Assembly (NCBI RefSeq): GCF_009914755.1
Contig: NC_060934.1
DNA from: the human T2T-CHM13v2.0 reference genome, Homo sapiens
Reading direction: 5' to 3' (one strand)
Length of the DNA: 64,000 nucleotides
Shown here piece after piece: positions 39,470 through 54,690 of the stretch. Under the pieces are notes generated by a model. That model had not been told where the DNA came from. It did not search any database and worked only from the letters and a program-made list of their open reading frames with translations. The translations under genes were made by a program, and so were the position numbers. Position 1 is the stretch's first letter, and the number at the start of each line of letters is the position of its first letter.

Positions 39470-41483
39470 CTATTGAACAAAACAAAATGTAGTCAGGAGA
39501 AGTCTGGCTAAGGTAAGAGAACCAAGTTGTATGTTCCCCATTTCCACAGTCTGGTACGAGCATCCAGCCCCCCTAGGGATCCCAGCGGACAGAAGAGTGA
39601 AGCGCCAGAAGCTACACCACGGCAGAGCACGTTTGAGAGGAGCAAGGTTTGTAGGGCACACCCAACCAAACCTGTAGTCCAGGCAGGACAGTCACAACTG
39701 GCAGATGCTGCTGCCTGACATCAAGAAATGCATGGGGACAAACAGCCAAGGGTCCTTCTCTAGAGAATCCACACAACCAAAGCTGGAATGCAGGGTCTGG
39801 GTCTGGCTGAGTGGGAAGCAGGGGCTGAGATGGATCCCCGGCTGCACCAGCTCAGTGTACGGTTAAGCTCACCGAGTTCAACAGTGTCTTGAAAGGCCTC
39901 TTACCGGGGCCTCGGGCTGCTATTGGGTGGGAAGGAGAGGCCCAGAGGGTGGGTTTTCTAGCTTCTTGCCTCAGCTTTGACCTGTTTTATATGGTAAGCT
40001 TTCATACACATCATTAACAAAGAAGTTCTGCAGCTAAGAGAAGAATTTGAGAAAACCCTCATCAAAATTTGTTTTGATTCCACCTCAATCTGGTTCCCTG
40101 AGTAGATTTGTTTCCTGGGAACACAACAGACCCATCGTCAAACGGCTTCCTCTGCAAAGGTACTACTCGGAGTGAGTATCTAAACTGCATCTCTGGAGCA
40201 AATCAAACTCACGCGTGTCTCTATGGTGGGAGGTGGCTCTCCAAAGGCATGACACACATTCCTACGTAGGCTAGACACTGGGTTCTAAAACTTGCAGAAC
40301 CTATACAAGACCTGAAGCCCTTGTGGAAGTGGCTGTATCTTCTGAACTAAAAATCAGACCACAGGCACATTGATGGGAACAGGTTTTTAAAGTGGGACTG
40401 TCCTGAAAATGCACTTTATCTAGTCACTACATCCATGATGGTCCCTCCAAAGCACTACACCAAAAAGAGTTAGTCTGAAATAGTTAGCCTTTCCCATTTC
40501 TAACATCTTGCTAATCTGGATTCAAAATTCACATACATGGAATGAAGACCCAATTCCTTCCCTAAAGTTCATGACAACTTTAGGAAAGCACATGAACTAA
40601 CCTGCAAAGACAAGTCAAAGAATCCACTGTATGGTGGTGACTTCGTGTTAATCAAGTCCTTGTTTCTATGCAAATCATTTTAAGTTTCAGAAGAGACAAG
40701 GCCAGAATATTTTATGAAATATAAATAAGCTAACATTGCTATTATTTTGATAAAGCATTATTCAGACAGCCTCTCTAACAATCACTCCTTCTTGTCCCCT
40801 CTTTTCCCCATTTTTATTTGTCTCAGGTCTCCCTTGGCCCACATAAGGGACAGGCATCGGGTACCAAGGTACCTTTTCCCCTACTTCCTTCCCTCACTTT
40901 CAAGAATTTATCAATATCAAGGTTGAACAGGGCTTAAGGTTTTTTTCTACCAACATAGCCAAGCCTTTCACTATTTTAAATTGAGTGTGTAAGCTTATTT
41001 ATGTTATCTTCTGAAAATAGAACAGGGGAAAGAGATAAAGTGGGATCCAGAAAAAGATTTTTTGAAAGATTATTCTGAAAAATTGTGTGTTGACAGTTGT
41101 TTTTTTAAACAGAACGTCTGATTATACTGACAAAATGCCATGATGTCAAAGAAAACTAAAAATGAGCTTTGATTACAGGGACTTGATTAGAAAAAATGCT
41201 GCAATGAAAATGCCCAAATGAAAAGTTAGCTAGTTAGAAGCTGATGTATGCACTGCTTAAAACGTAGCCTAGCATTTTAGCTCAAAACCCTGTACATCTC
41301 TGAATCATGGAGAAATTATAGCTTATCAGTAGATGATAAGATGAAGGTTAATTTATAACTATTACCTGGTTCATGAAGTAAGAAGCAAAGTTTTCACTGG
41401 GTGGAGAGGAGTGGCATTTAAATATTCAGGTTTTTTTGTTTTTTTTTTTTAAGCCTGAGCTCTTTAAAAAATGTTTCTATCTA

Positions 41484-41902
<419 letters not shown>

Positions 41903-42013
41903 TTAACAATGTATGTACTTTGAAAAGGAGAGGGAGAAGCAGGAAAGTTGGAGTTGGGGGATGCAGGTAACAGAGGCGTCTGAAGAACTGAATGTGCTTA
42001 AAGCTCCTTTCTT

Positions 42014-42374
<361 letters not shown>

Positions 42375-43064
42375 CTAACACAGGGCAGGAGAGTATCTGT
42401 GAACAAGTTTTCATTTCTCCCAAAGGGTCCACAGGTTCTGATATGTGGATTTCAGCTCATGAACTTTTAACAGGACAAACAAGTCATACAGATTCATCTG
42501 AACAACTATAACACAGGACAAGTTCTAGGGCTTGTAAAATCCATTATTTTAATTTTCGATGCTTGTCTTGTAAATCTAATGGAAGGATATTTTACCTCAG
42601 CTTATGAATAAAAATAATAATTGTAGCTCCCAGTATTAAGTGACTAACAATGGCTGGTAATTTACTAACGTCATCTCACTTCACCCTTGCAAAAAACTCC
42701 AAGAGGAACTAAATACCTCATTTTACAGACAAGGAAATGAAAGCCCAAGTAGGTTGAGAAGATTTGCCCTTAGCTGCAGAGTGAGACAGACAAAGCAGAA
42801 ATGGATTTAAGGTCTTTCAGATTCCACTTCCCTATGTCATCTAGTAGCCCCGTGACAGAGATGCCTACTGTGTTCTTTCACCCCAGCTTCATCTGCCCAA
42901 TCCTGGGAAAGCTGAAAGACTGGCTATTCTATTACCATGTTATTATGGAAGAGGCAGAGAAAGATGCTGTCTTGAAACTCAAGGCATGCACTGCACTGCT
43001 GGCCAGGCCAATTTCCAGCCCCTGAAGCCTTTGCCCGATTTTTGCATCCCCTCGCCCTCAGTGA

Positions 43065-43530
<466 letters not shown>

Positions 43531-44592
43531 TGATGGGTATGCAGTTAGAAATACCAAGGAATGGGAAAACAGTGTAAGGAGCATGTCTGCATTTCTCCAC
43601 ACTAGAGCCAGCCAAATGGGACAAGTGTGCTCAATATAGTTAAGACACATTAAATGAAATGTTTCTCAAATTGTCTATTACCTAGCACCTGAAGCTCGGC
43701 CTTCAGTATTTCTCCAAAGGCCCTTTAAAACAATGCTAGAGTGGGCTCAGCTGTGCAGAAATCTTGTGGTTTCTGCTCATGGTGGAACCACATGCTAATT
43801 GTGCTCCTCAGAGCTCCAAGCAGCAGACATCAAACCTTGGCAGCAACACTCAGACCTTCCTATGCCAGTGATTTGCAGGAAGCTGTAACACTGCATGGGA
43901 TTTACACAGGGTAAACAACTCACTTAGGCCTCTGAAGGTCCAGCTGAGCTCTAATGTTTACACAATGATTCTTCTTGGGCTTTGGCAATCTGTCCTTGGT
44001 AGCTCGATTTGGGGACAGCCACTCTCCTACAACTGCCAGGAGCCACATAATTGCCTTTTCAACCACAGTGACTTTAAATGAGCTTCCAAATCACTTTTTT
44101 TTCCTGTTTCTTTTTCTTTAATTTATAAAAATCTCAAAGACAACTGAAGAAAGTAGTTGTTGAAAGTTGTTCTAAAAAATTGCCTGACTAAAATGGGAGG
44201 ATGGGCAAAAATCATTTGCATAACCACTTGCCTATATCAATTAAATTTCAATTTTATGCATTTCTCAGGCCTTTAAACTTAAAACAATTTTCCAAATATT
44301 AATGGCTCATTTTTGACACAATCTTTCTTCCACTGCTCAACCTAAATCCTCCTCTGGCTTTACCCCCCACACTTAGGAAGAGAAAGGATAAAAGGGTAAA
44401 GATAGTCATACATGACCCCCATGAACAAAAATAGTAGTCAGGGGAAAAGACACAGATGTAGAGTTGGGTACTGAGTCTGGGTGGGGTGGGAAAGGAAGAA
44501 CAAACAAAAGGGCAAGGACGTCAGGAAGCCCAGAGAGCTTGGGGGAAAGCATTACAAAGCTGTCTATGTTTTAGTTAAAGGCCATCAAGTTC

Positions 44593-44741
44593 TTTTTTTT
44601 TTTAAGAGACAGGGTTTCACTTTGTTGCCCAGACTGGAGGGAGTACAGTGGTGTGATCGTAGCTCACTGCAGCCTCAAAATCCTGGGCTCAAGTGATCCC
44701 CCTGCCCTGACCTCCTGAGTAGCTGGGATTACAGATGTGGC
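44593..44741 (-). mobile_element. Alu right arm (5'-truncated AluJ/FRAM)
   Basis: TSD atcaagttct. Confidence 0.85.
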
Positions 44742-45646
44742 AATCAAGTTCTAAAGAATGCAAAAAAAAAGACCAGGATAGGGTGTACAGTAGTTATAGA
44801 AGACACAGAGAAAAAAATAGAACTCTGAAGAAGAGAATGAGGTGGGGCAAAAAATAAGTTAAAGGAGAAAGTTTGGGAGAACCATAGGGTTAGAAGAAGA
44901 CTCACCGTCTTCATCTGCTATCGAACTCCTGGGCCGTGAAGGTGGAAAGGGAGTAACTGCTACCGTTTCTTAACTGTCCCACAGGCCAGTCAATGCCTTT
45001 TGCACTTGCTAGGCGGAGATCTCCTGGGAAGCTCTCATTAGGAGAACGACTCAGACTCTCCCCTGGGCAGTACTGGCTGGAGTCTGGGGCAGGAGGCACA
45101 GATCCCGGCCAAGCATCTTCACAATAGAATTATTTGCTTGAACTCAAACAAAACAAAGCTATTCTTACAAATCCTGTAAGGCCAGTAGAGAATTATTTTA
45201 ACTCAACTACAGCTGTGCCTGAGAAGATGCACCTCTTTAAATCCTTGCCTTAGTGCAATCTCTTCTAGGAATGAGGAAGAAGCACTGAGACAGACCATTT
45301 TGACACCACAACCTGGGGATGCCTAGAGGTGGTGTCTTGAGTGACATCACCGAGAGGTGGCAGTGGCCACCACCAGCCTGAAGTGGTAGAAGAGGCATCA
45401 CAAAGCATGGGAAAAAAGCTGGTCTCTGGGGCTTCACCTGGACTCGCCTTCTCACTGACATGGTCCAGGAGGTCCTCACAGGTCACGGAAAGTCAGGAGA
45501 AGCCACGGACCATGAAGTAACATACCAGTTATCTGGTTTTGCTGCAAATTCTGAGCCATTATTTGAAAATATTTTCCCTCTTCTTGACATCAAATGTGCC
45601 AAGTGAGCCAACATCATTTGGGCGTGTTCAGAGTAGGGGGCGCTAA

Positions 45647-46240
<594 letters not shown>

Positions 46241-46299
46241 GACAAGAAGGGGACAAGCAAGAACACAGAGTCAGGAAGGGGAAAGGAATCTGCAGGGCA

Positions 46300-46540
46300 G
46301 TATAGCAGCGTTGAGTAAAAGCCTGTGTTAATGGAGCCCCAAACACCTAGGTTTGAATCCTGGTTCTGCTACTTACTGTGTAATCTTGCATATATTACTT
46401 AATCTCTCTGAACCTCATACTCCTCATTGATAAAATGAAGAGTTACTTCATGGGGCTGCTGGGAGAATGAAAATGAGATAACAATAGTGATATATTCAGC
46501 ACAGAAACTTGTATGTGGCAAGGGCTCAATTAATGACAGC
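46300..46540 (+). mobile_element. MIR (approximate boundaries)
   Basis: gggtttgaatcctggttctgctacttact...ctctctgaacctca. Confidence 0.7.
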
Positions 46541-49435
46541 CACATAGTCACTGAGGTGGTGGTTATGTCATTATAAGACTATTATTATTAATAGGATTAC
46601 CACTCTGGGCTGCTGAGATGTTGGCCACCACACTGCTGTTCCTTAAAGCAGCAGGGAAGAAAGTGGGGGACTGCATTTCTGAAGCTGTTTCTGCACAGTT
46701 TGCCCCCTCCCTTCTGCTAACATCTCTTCCATCCCGTAGACAGCAGTCTCCAAGATTACAAAATGATTAAAAGTGACTGCCCCTTCTTGGAATTTCCAAA
46801 GTTTTCTTTTTTTAAAAAGAACATTTTAACCCTCATTGACTGAGACATGATAACTCTATTTATAGTCTAAAAGTCTGGCCAAAAGTTTGCTTTTTCACTG
46901 TAGCTGGGGGAAAAAAGAAGGTTGCTAAGCCAGCATAAACAAACTTTCACACAGTCCCTTACTATTGAGGAGGATCAGCTTTGAGAGCTTTAGAAATGTC
47001 TTTTTTATACTGTATAAACAACTAGAATTTAGACAGAGATGGCAGCCCTTAGGCTAGGCTTTGATAGGTTTATTACAAATAATTCTAGTTCCAAATTCTG
47101 AATTAAAACCAAACAAAAAAACCCAGCAGTAAAAACAAACTTCTCCCCAGGAGAGAGACTCTGGAATGATGGCTCAGATTTCTCAGTAACGCTGTTTCTT
47201 AATGCACATTAACATCTGTGGGTAGAGCCTCCACTTGGTGCTGATCTGTCTTGAATGCCTTTCTTTGAAAGGCATACATCTTTCCTATGTTAAGAAGGAT
47301 GTGCATAGAGCGCAGGGCCACCTATCGGGGAGCACAGAGCTGGAGCAGCACCACGGACAGGGCTGATGAGGCCCTGCTGGAGCTCACAGACAACATGAAA
47401 ACCACAAATCAAGGATCAAGAAATCCAGAGACTCTCTTGAAATGGTTTAAAAAAAAAAAAAAAAAAACCTCAAAACCAAAAACCCTGTGATTATTTTAAA
47501 TGATCTAGCTCAAATGTTTCCATCACTTGTAAGAAGCCTTGATCTAATTGAATACATCAGTGATCTATGCCCGGATATGTCATCTAGGCAGGAGTGGGGG
47601 CGTGAGATGGAATTTACCCTATTTTTAAAAGATCTCCAGGGAGGATGTCTTTTTAGAAACTTGTGTTAAAGTCTAATCATCTTTGCTATTAATTTTTTTA
47701 TATCCAACCTAATTTTTTCCTTTTTATTCTTTAAGACTATTTCTTCCTTTCGGTCTCTGAAAATAAAAAAATAGTAAGGTTTGCTTCTAAATTATATGTG
47801 ATAAGTTATCATGACATCCCTTACTGTTTATGCCTCTATGCAAAATAAATCCAGTTCCCCATATGCTGGACTTGATGCATGCCAAAAATCAGACGTGATC
47901 GTCAGCAGGGGTTGCTAGGTATGGTGGCTGATGACACAGGAGCTCTGGCTGTGCGGCCATGAAACCCTGTCTTTGGACCAACAGCCAAGCTGACTGTGGA
48001 AGCTGTGGGTGCTGCCTGTGGCAGGCCTAAGGCAGTCTTCCAGTCTGATGGGAGCCACTGTTCCTCTCCACAGGATTTCTTCAAGTGGGCCTTCCTTTGC
48101 CTGTGTCCGTGGGATACTGTGCCTTCTGCATGCTCTGTGCTTGTTGCCTTGAAGGAAACTCTTATCTTACGAGTTTGGCTGGGTTTGCAAGTCTAAATAA
48201 AGCACAAATCGAAAATTGCAACTAGTCAAAATTACTCTGAAAAAACTCCCTAACTCAACTCAGTCAGTTGTTTCTTCACCAATGCTTTTGTGTGGTAATC
48301 AGTATCATGAGACAGAAAGACTGCGCTCTCTACACCAAATAGACTCTTCTTGGCCTTGAGGAAGACACTGATCAGAATTAAATTATCAGCTTTTAGTTCT
48401 GTAAGTCTGGGTTTGTTTGGTAGACCTTTCTTTTCATTCAAAATAGGCCCCAGGTATGAAATGGTTGGAAACCAATTACTGGGGCATATGAGAGACCAAA
48501 AATGGCCTATGGTATTTTAACTGTATCCAACACATCCCAGTGTGTCATCTCATATATGACTGATCAGTAAGAGTTTGGTGAATGATTGAATGAACAACTT
48601 TACCAATGATGAGAAGGGCTGAGAGGGATGGTCTGCTGAGCAGATTAGAGTAGAGAAGCATCAAGATGGTGGCACTGGCATTCATCCCTAAGAAAGAACT
48701 CTGGCTCCACAGTCCAAAGCCTTCATCATCGCTGTTTTCCAGGTATTGCTGAGGGCCCACTGTGTGCCGGCAAGGTTTTCTGTGGCGTTCTGGACACACG
48801 CTCTCACAACTGCCCCCACACTGGACTCAGTCAGCTGAAGTGACCTTGCTGAACTCTCTGCCAGATGGGAACTTCTGAGGATGGGGTACATGTCCTATTC
48901 ATGGCATTACTTCCAACGACAGTGCCTGGCACACAGCAAGTGTTCAATACTACTTGAATGAATGAAGTTCAGAGCACTCAACATCTCATCCTAGAACAGT
49001 ATTTAACAAAACTTCCTCCTCCATACCGTATCTATTCACCCTCATCTGGATTACTCATCCAAAGATCAGATAATCCCTGCTATTAGGATAATTCTCAAGA
49101 TGTTGCCCCTAACTCACATTTTAGAAACTTCCTTGACATTTAGACTTTTTCCCCAGAAATAATATTTCTTAGACACAAATGTGACTGTCTTCCCCAGCAG
49201 GTACAAATTCCTATCCAGCTCTTTCATTAAATGTTTTCCAGCTTAGCTAAAACCCTTATTTTCAAGAAATGTCATCTCCCACTATGACTGAATCTTATAC
49301 CTGGATACCTCTTTAGGAATTCCCTACCAAAGAGAGATACCCTGAGGGCCCATGAAAAGAGTTAGTTGCAGGCATGAGAACTGGGTAATTTTCCTGTTGA
49401 CGGTTACAGATCTACCTCCTGCCCACCCGCTATAA

Positions 49436-49456
49436 TGACTCAGCTTCCCTGAGTCA
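49436..49456. promoter_or_regulatory. Two AP-1 sites in inverted repeat: TGACTCAG cttcc CTGAGTCA
   Basis: two perfect TGASTCA heptamers. Confidence 0.45.
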
Positions 49457-49794
49457 CTGCTCAACCACCAGCATCAGGTGACCACCTCAGGTACAAAGCC
49501 TTGGGTAGTTGGGTAAAGGCAGCTTTGACCAGAGCCCCACATGTTCAAAACATTGTAACTAAGCTAACACTGGCTACCCCGTTAATCATGTAAACCCTAG
49601 GGGAATAGGACTAAAATACCATCTGGATAGACTCCGGTGATACAGTCAGCAAGGAGTGAGACACCACCACAAAACACAAGGTTAGAGGGAAGCAAATGAC
49701 TGGGAAACAGCCCTTAGCCACCAGGAAAAACCCCAAGGTAAAAAAGAAAGTAGCAGCACCAGTACGGAGAGGCACACAATTTTCCTTTAATTAC

Positions 49795-49857
49795 CTTCAG
49801 ATTTAGGACTAGGAGTAGATGCAGGAAACTGGTAGGTGGGAGTGTAAGGATTGTCCT
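49795..49857 (-). CDS. SORBS1: SORBS1 cassette exon EDNPYTPTYQFPASTPSPKSE, 63 nt, phase 1-1
   Basis: gctacag|AG GAC AAT ... TCT GAA G|gtaatt. Confidence 0.92.
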
Positions 49858-50184
49858 CTGTAGCAGAGAAAAGCAGTGGATTTTGAAACTATCCACCAGG
49901 AAGTAGAGGAAGTGACAAATCCCAATTGACTCTTTCGAATGACTGATTACCTATTTTAGTGTTATTAAAGCACACAGGCATCACACTTAAAAATAGATTA
50001 ATGAATTAGAAAGGATTTAGTTATTTTAACATAGCACATCATGCAAATGAGTGAAATAAAATTTTCACCAGCCAAAAATGACTATGAAAATAAAATCTAA
50101 AAGCCCAAATCTTATGCCTACAATGGAACTATAAGAATTAATTTAAAGCTCGGACAACAGATATGCTGTCTAAGTTTATGGTAC

Positions 50185-50259
50185 CTTCGGAAGTTTGCTG
50201 GATTTCAGGAAGTTCAGGGAATTTGTACGTAGGGAAATAAGGGTTTTCTTCAGGAGTGT
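50185..50259 (-). CDS. SORBS1: SORBS1 cassette exon DTPEENPYFPTYKFPELPEIQQTSE, 75 nt, phase 1-1
   Basis: ctgcctag|AC ACT CCT ... TCC GAA G|gtacca. Confidence 0.92.
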
Positions 50260-51686
50260 CTAGGCAGAGGAGCAGGTTTGGGAGAGAGAATAGAGGAAGA
50301 TACAAATGGAGAGAATAAACGAGTAGGAATCCACATACAATTTAGGCTCCTTGAATTCTGGAACATACTAAGCTTCACTAGTGATATGAAAGAAATTCAA
50401 ACTGCTTTTAAAAATCCAGTCCTTTTGCCTGAATTACCGAGACACATAGAAAGAGACAATACCATTACTCTTCTTGGACAAAGAATTGCCATGAACAGGC
50501 TCCAATGGGCAAGAAACATTTAACATAAAGCATCAGGTTTTTACTTTTGATAGGCAAGAAATATTAAGTATGATAATAAATAGTATGTAATAAACATGCT
50601 ATCCTAACATGATTTTTTTAAATCAAAGCTTGTATTGTGGACATTCAGCAAACAAGTAGATCATTAATTTTTCAAATACCTCTGCCTACCATTAAGGCAG
50701 GTAGTTTTGTTTAGCACCTACAATTTAGATTAAGAACTATAACATGAGAACACCAAAGCTGCCTGTGGGGCAAAATTACATATTTTGCACATTTACATGC
50801 ATTAATGTCTCTGCAGTTAGGCTTCCAAAGCTGGGTCTAAAGGTGAGAGTCACAGATTGCAAGACGAAATGGGCAGTGACTTCAGGAAGTGATGAGTGGA
50901 GATGACCCCATCTGATCACAGAAATCCAAGCATTTAGTTTCACCACTGTGACCACGCTCATCCACCCAACCACAGCGGATTTACTCTTCATTGGAAATGC
51001 TAAACGCCTCAATATTTAGAGCACTTCGATATTTAGAAACAGTTTGAACAGGGGCACACCCAGGTTCACTTTGAACCCAGCAGGAGTTAATTAACAGTGA
51101 TGTTAGCTGGCATCCGCAGCTCATCAGAGAGATTGCACTTAGGTGGGAACACTGACCAGAACACTTTCTCTTTGCCTTCATGTGTCATCCATGACAGGCA
51201 GCCAGACTGGATGTGGGTAAGGGGAAGGGCAGGATGCTCTGCCTGTGGGAGAAGTGGTACCCTTCCCACAGTGCAGCTGCATCCCGCCTATCAGCTGACT
51301 GGCGGCACAGGCAGCGATGGGAGCCGGTGGGGTCATGTCCTGCCCAAGCACTGGCCTGCGGTTCTCCATGCTGGGTCACCTGCTGATAGCCCAGCCGGCA
51401 TCTGATTTGGAAGTGCTGCTCTTTCAGCTTGAGCGGGCTTTGGTGTGTCAGCTCCTGACTGACTCTCAGGGCTACCTGCCAAGGGCTGGCTCTCAGCTGG
51501 GGCAGATTATTGTTCGTATTAACACAGCCTGAGAGGCGTACTATGCATTCTACTTCACAAGGCCAAATGTGTTCTCCTTTAGACCTGTGACATTCTCCGG
51601 AGGAAAGGAAGCAGAACAAACACAGAAAGGTACATGATTGGTCCAAGGTTACCCGAGTGCTTGGGGGACTCAATCCAGGTGAGAAC

Positions 51687-51983
<297 letters not shown>

Positions 51984-52403
51984 AGAGAACAGTGTTCTTA
52001 ATTCCCAGTTCAGTGCATTCTCAACTCACTCTGCCCACAAGGCAGTCATGGGCTGACACAGGGAGATGTACCTAAAGCTGGAAGCAGGTGGGTGATGGAG
52101 CTGCTCACATCCCAGGCAGACAGATGCTGGAGCACAGGCAGAGTGCTGGGCTCAGCCTGCTGCATTCCACATCTGGGAGGAAGGATTTGAGAGCAGATCT
52201 CAAATTCCACCTCTGAGGCAGGCACACAAGTGCTTCCTCCCTCCTGTGCTCTGAAGGTGCATGGCTGGGCTCAGGCAGACCAGTACCTAATGAGGTCCAA
52301 CTGCAGGACCCAGTCTTCTGGCATCCTAGCAAAGTGAGTTCAGGCCCACAAAACGTGTATTGGCACATAGCACAGCACAGCTTCTACAAATGAAAATCAG
52401 TAC

Positions 52404-52467
52404 CTCTGTTCAGTTTGTGGATCTGTTTAAACATAGTCTTGTACCAGTCTTTTGATCTCTCAGTGTT
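52404..52467 (-). CDS. SORBS1: SORBS1 exon NTERSKDWYKTMFKQIHKLNR (SoHo C-terminal helix), 64 nt, phase 0-1
   Basis: ctacag|AAC ACT ... AAC AGA G|gtactg; SoHo signature WYKTMFKQIH. Confidence 0.96.
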
Positions 52468-54200
52468 CTGTAGAAAAACAAAGGCAAAGAGCAAAATTAA
52501 ATGACTATCTTGACACATTTCAGACCTCCTATGATTTCAAAATCAAAATGGAAAGTAACAATATCTGAATTCAAAACTCAGCCACATTTATCTTTTTTAA
52601 AAAGGCAAAACTTTTTAGAAAGAGAAAAACCAAGAGTCCCAAACCTCAATCTACAGGGTAATATTTGGCTGAAAGGATACAGATTTTGAAAACAGTGGAT
52701 GAGGATACACTTGAAAGGTATCCATTTTTAAATTTTTAAAATTTCACTTTTAGATAGAATCTCTCCATATATAGACTGTGCCAAACTGAAGGAAAGTCTC
52801 CTAGAAATATAAGAGACAAAGGATATTTGCTTATCATGCTGTGCCCCCAACCATTCTAGATTATTCAACAGCAATGTATCCGAGTCACCTTGCATAGGGC
52901 CAGATTTAGAATGCATACATTAAAACATAACTCGTTATAGCATCCACTGCCAGAGTTTTCACCCTAACCACAAAGTTGGAATGGTTGGGCTTTTTTTTTA
53001 AGATAAAAATAAAACAAGGAAGGTGACAGATAGGTGGCTAGATATTTTCACTCCCACTTTACAGAAGAGGAAATGAGATACAGAATGACAAAGCAAACTG
53101 CCCAAAGTCACAGAGCTGATGAGAAGGTGAGTGGAAGGGCCATCCAACGTGACGGTTAGGGGTAAGGGTTTGGGAGTCAGACAGACCATTCTGTCACCCA
53201 CAAGCTGTGCAATCTTGGATGAGTAACAAATCCCTGAGTCCCCATTTCCTCATCTATAAGATGGAAATGATATTAGTATCCATTACTCACTTGGATGAGT
53301 GATGCTTAAATGAGATAATGTACTCAGCAAATGGTAGCTGTGATTTCTCTTAGGAATAACTCTCCTTCTATATTACTACTTAGAACCAGAGAAGAGTTAT
53401 TTTGAGGCTTAGTCCACTGTGGTTTCTATTGGCCTCTTCCAAAGGGACATATTTGTTAAATGGAAATCACAGTGGAACATATTGCAGGCAATGGTCTAGT
53501 AGACACATGGAAAAGAATGGAATTCACCCAAATCCAGTTCCAAAAGTTGCCTAGCTTTATGTTAAATGTTTCTTGCCCATTGGAGCCTGTTCCCTGGAAT
53601 TCCTTAGGGCCTGCAGGACTGGCAGGCCTGTGCTGCCGGGGAGAGCTGGGTCAGGGATGCCATGAGACCTGCTCTGTCCTGGAGGCTTGGCTGGCGGAAT
53701 CCATTCTGAGGTTCCCTTAGTGTTCCCTACTCACTTTGGATGACATGTGATCTCCCATCCAGGGAGATCTTCCTGAACCTGTCAAAAGGGACCTTGGGCC
53801 TCACACTCTCCCCAGGATTCTCTTACCCTGGACCAGGAATTTCTCAACAGGCTCCACACAGAACAATAATGAAGACTGCCCATAACATTGTCCCTAGAAC
53901 ACTCACATACTCAAAGCCTCTGAAAAGTTCTACAGCAGAGAAATCTCTCTGACTTGGTCCACCCAGCTTTTCCTCACATTTACTTGACCACGAAACCCTT
54001 TATTCATAGGACTTATAACATCCAACACCCACTTTGGGAAAAGCTGTTGTACACCAAGTCTGGAGCATAGCTTCTGGGGGATCTGGCACTCATGGGGCTT
54101 ACAGAGACGATGGTGTGATGGGGTTCACATGTACTCAGAGTGTACACTTGTCACAGCTTAAGATGAAGCCTAAGAAGGACCTCTAAGTCAATATACATAC

Positions 54201-54373
54201 CCGGAGTGGGATGCCCACTTCATCCATGGAAACATCGCTTAAGTCCTGAGTGCTCTTCACCACCCGCCTACTGTCATCCTTTGCTCTTTTTTCAATAGCC
54301 TTGCCAGGTGAGGTGGGTTTTTCCTGGGTTGGTGCTGAGTCCTGCTCTCCCACTCTTCTTTCTGAGACAGGAT
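54201..54373 (-). CDS. SORBS1: SORBS1 exon DPVSERR...DEVGIPLR (N-terminal part of SoHo domain), 173 nt, phase 1-0
   Basis: tttccag|AT CCT GTC ... CTC CGG|gtatgt; peptide visible in ORF 54183..54476. Confidence 0.96.
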
Positions 54374-54498
54374 CTGGAAATGAAAAGCAATTGTTAGCTG
54401 AAGCTCTTTTGGTAGCTGCAAAACAAAACGCTCCTGAACAGGCTAGCTGGGGGGAAGCGTGTCTGCTAATTCTCAACTGGAATTAGTTCTGTTTAGAG

Positions 54499-54690
54499 CA
54501 GGGGTCAGCAAACTTTGGCCCATGGGCTGATTTTACTGGAACACAACCATGCCAATTCCTTTACATATTATTTATGGGTGCTTTTGCACTACGATGGCCG
54601 AGTTGAGTAGCTGTGACAGAAACCATATGGCCTGCAAAGTCTAAAATATTTATCATCTGGTCCTTAAAAAAAAAAAAAAGCCTTGCCAAC
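54499..54690. mobile_element. MER58A-like DNA transposon
   Basis: caggggtcagcaaact...ctaaaatatttatcatctggtcc...ttgccaac. Confidence 0.8.

Noticed and set aside
45345-45645. Two partial CTCF-like motifs (ccgagaggtggcag; gagtagggggcgcta)
   Set aside because: Mismatches at conserved 5' core positions; much weaker than the sites at 18657 and 29981
51986-51998. AGAACA-g-TGTTCT palindrome resembling a GRE
   Set aside because: 1-nt spacer rather than the required 3; sits at an Alu flank
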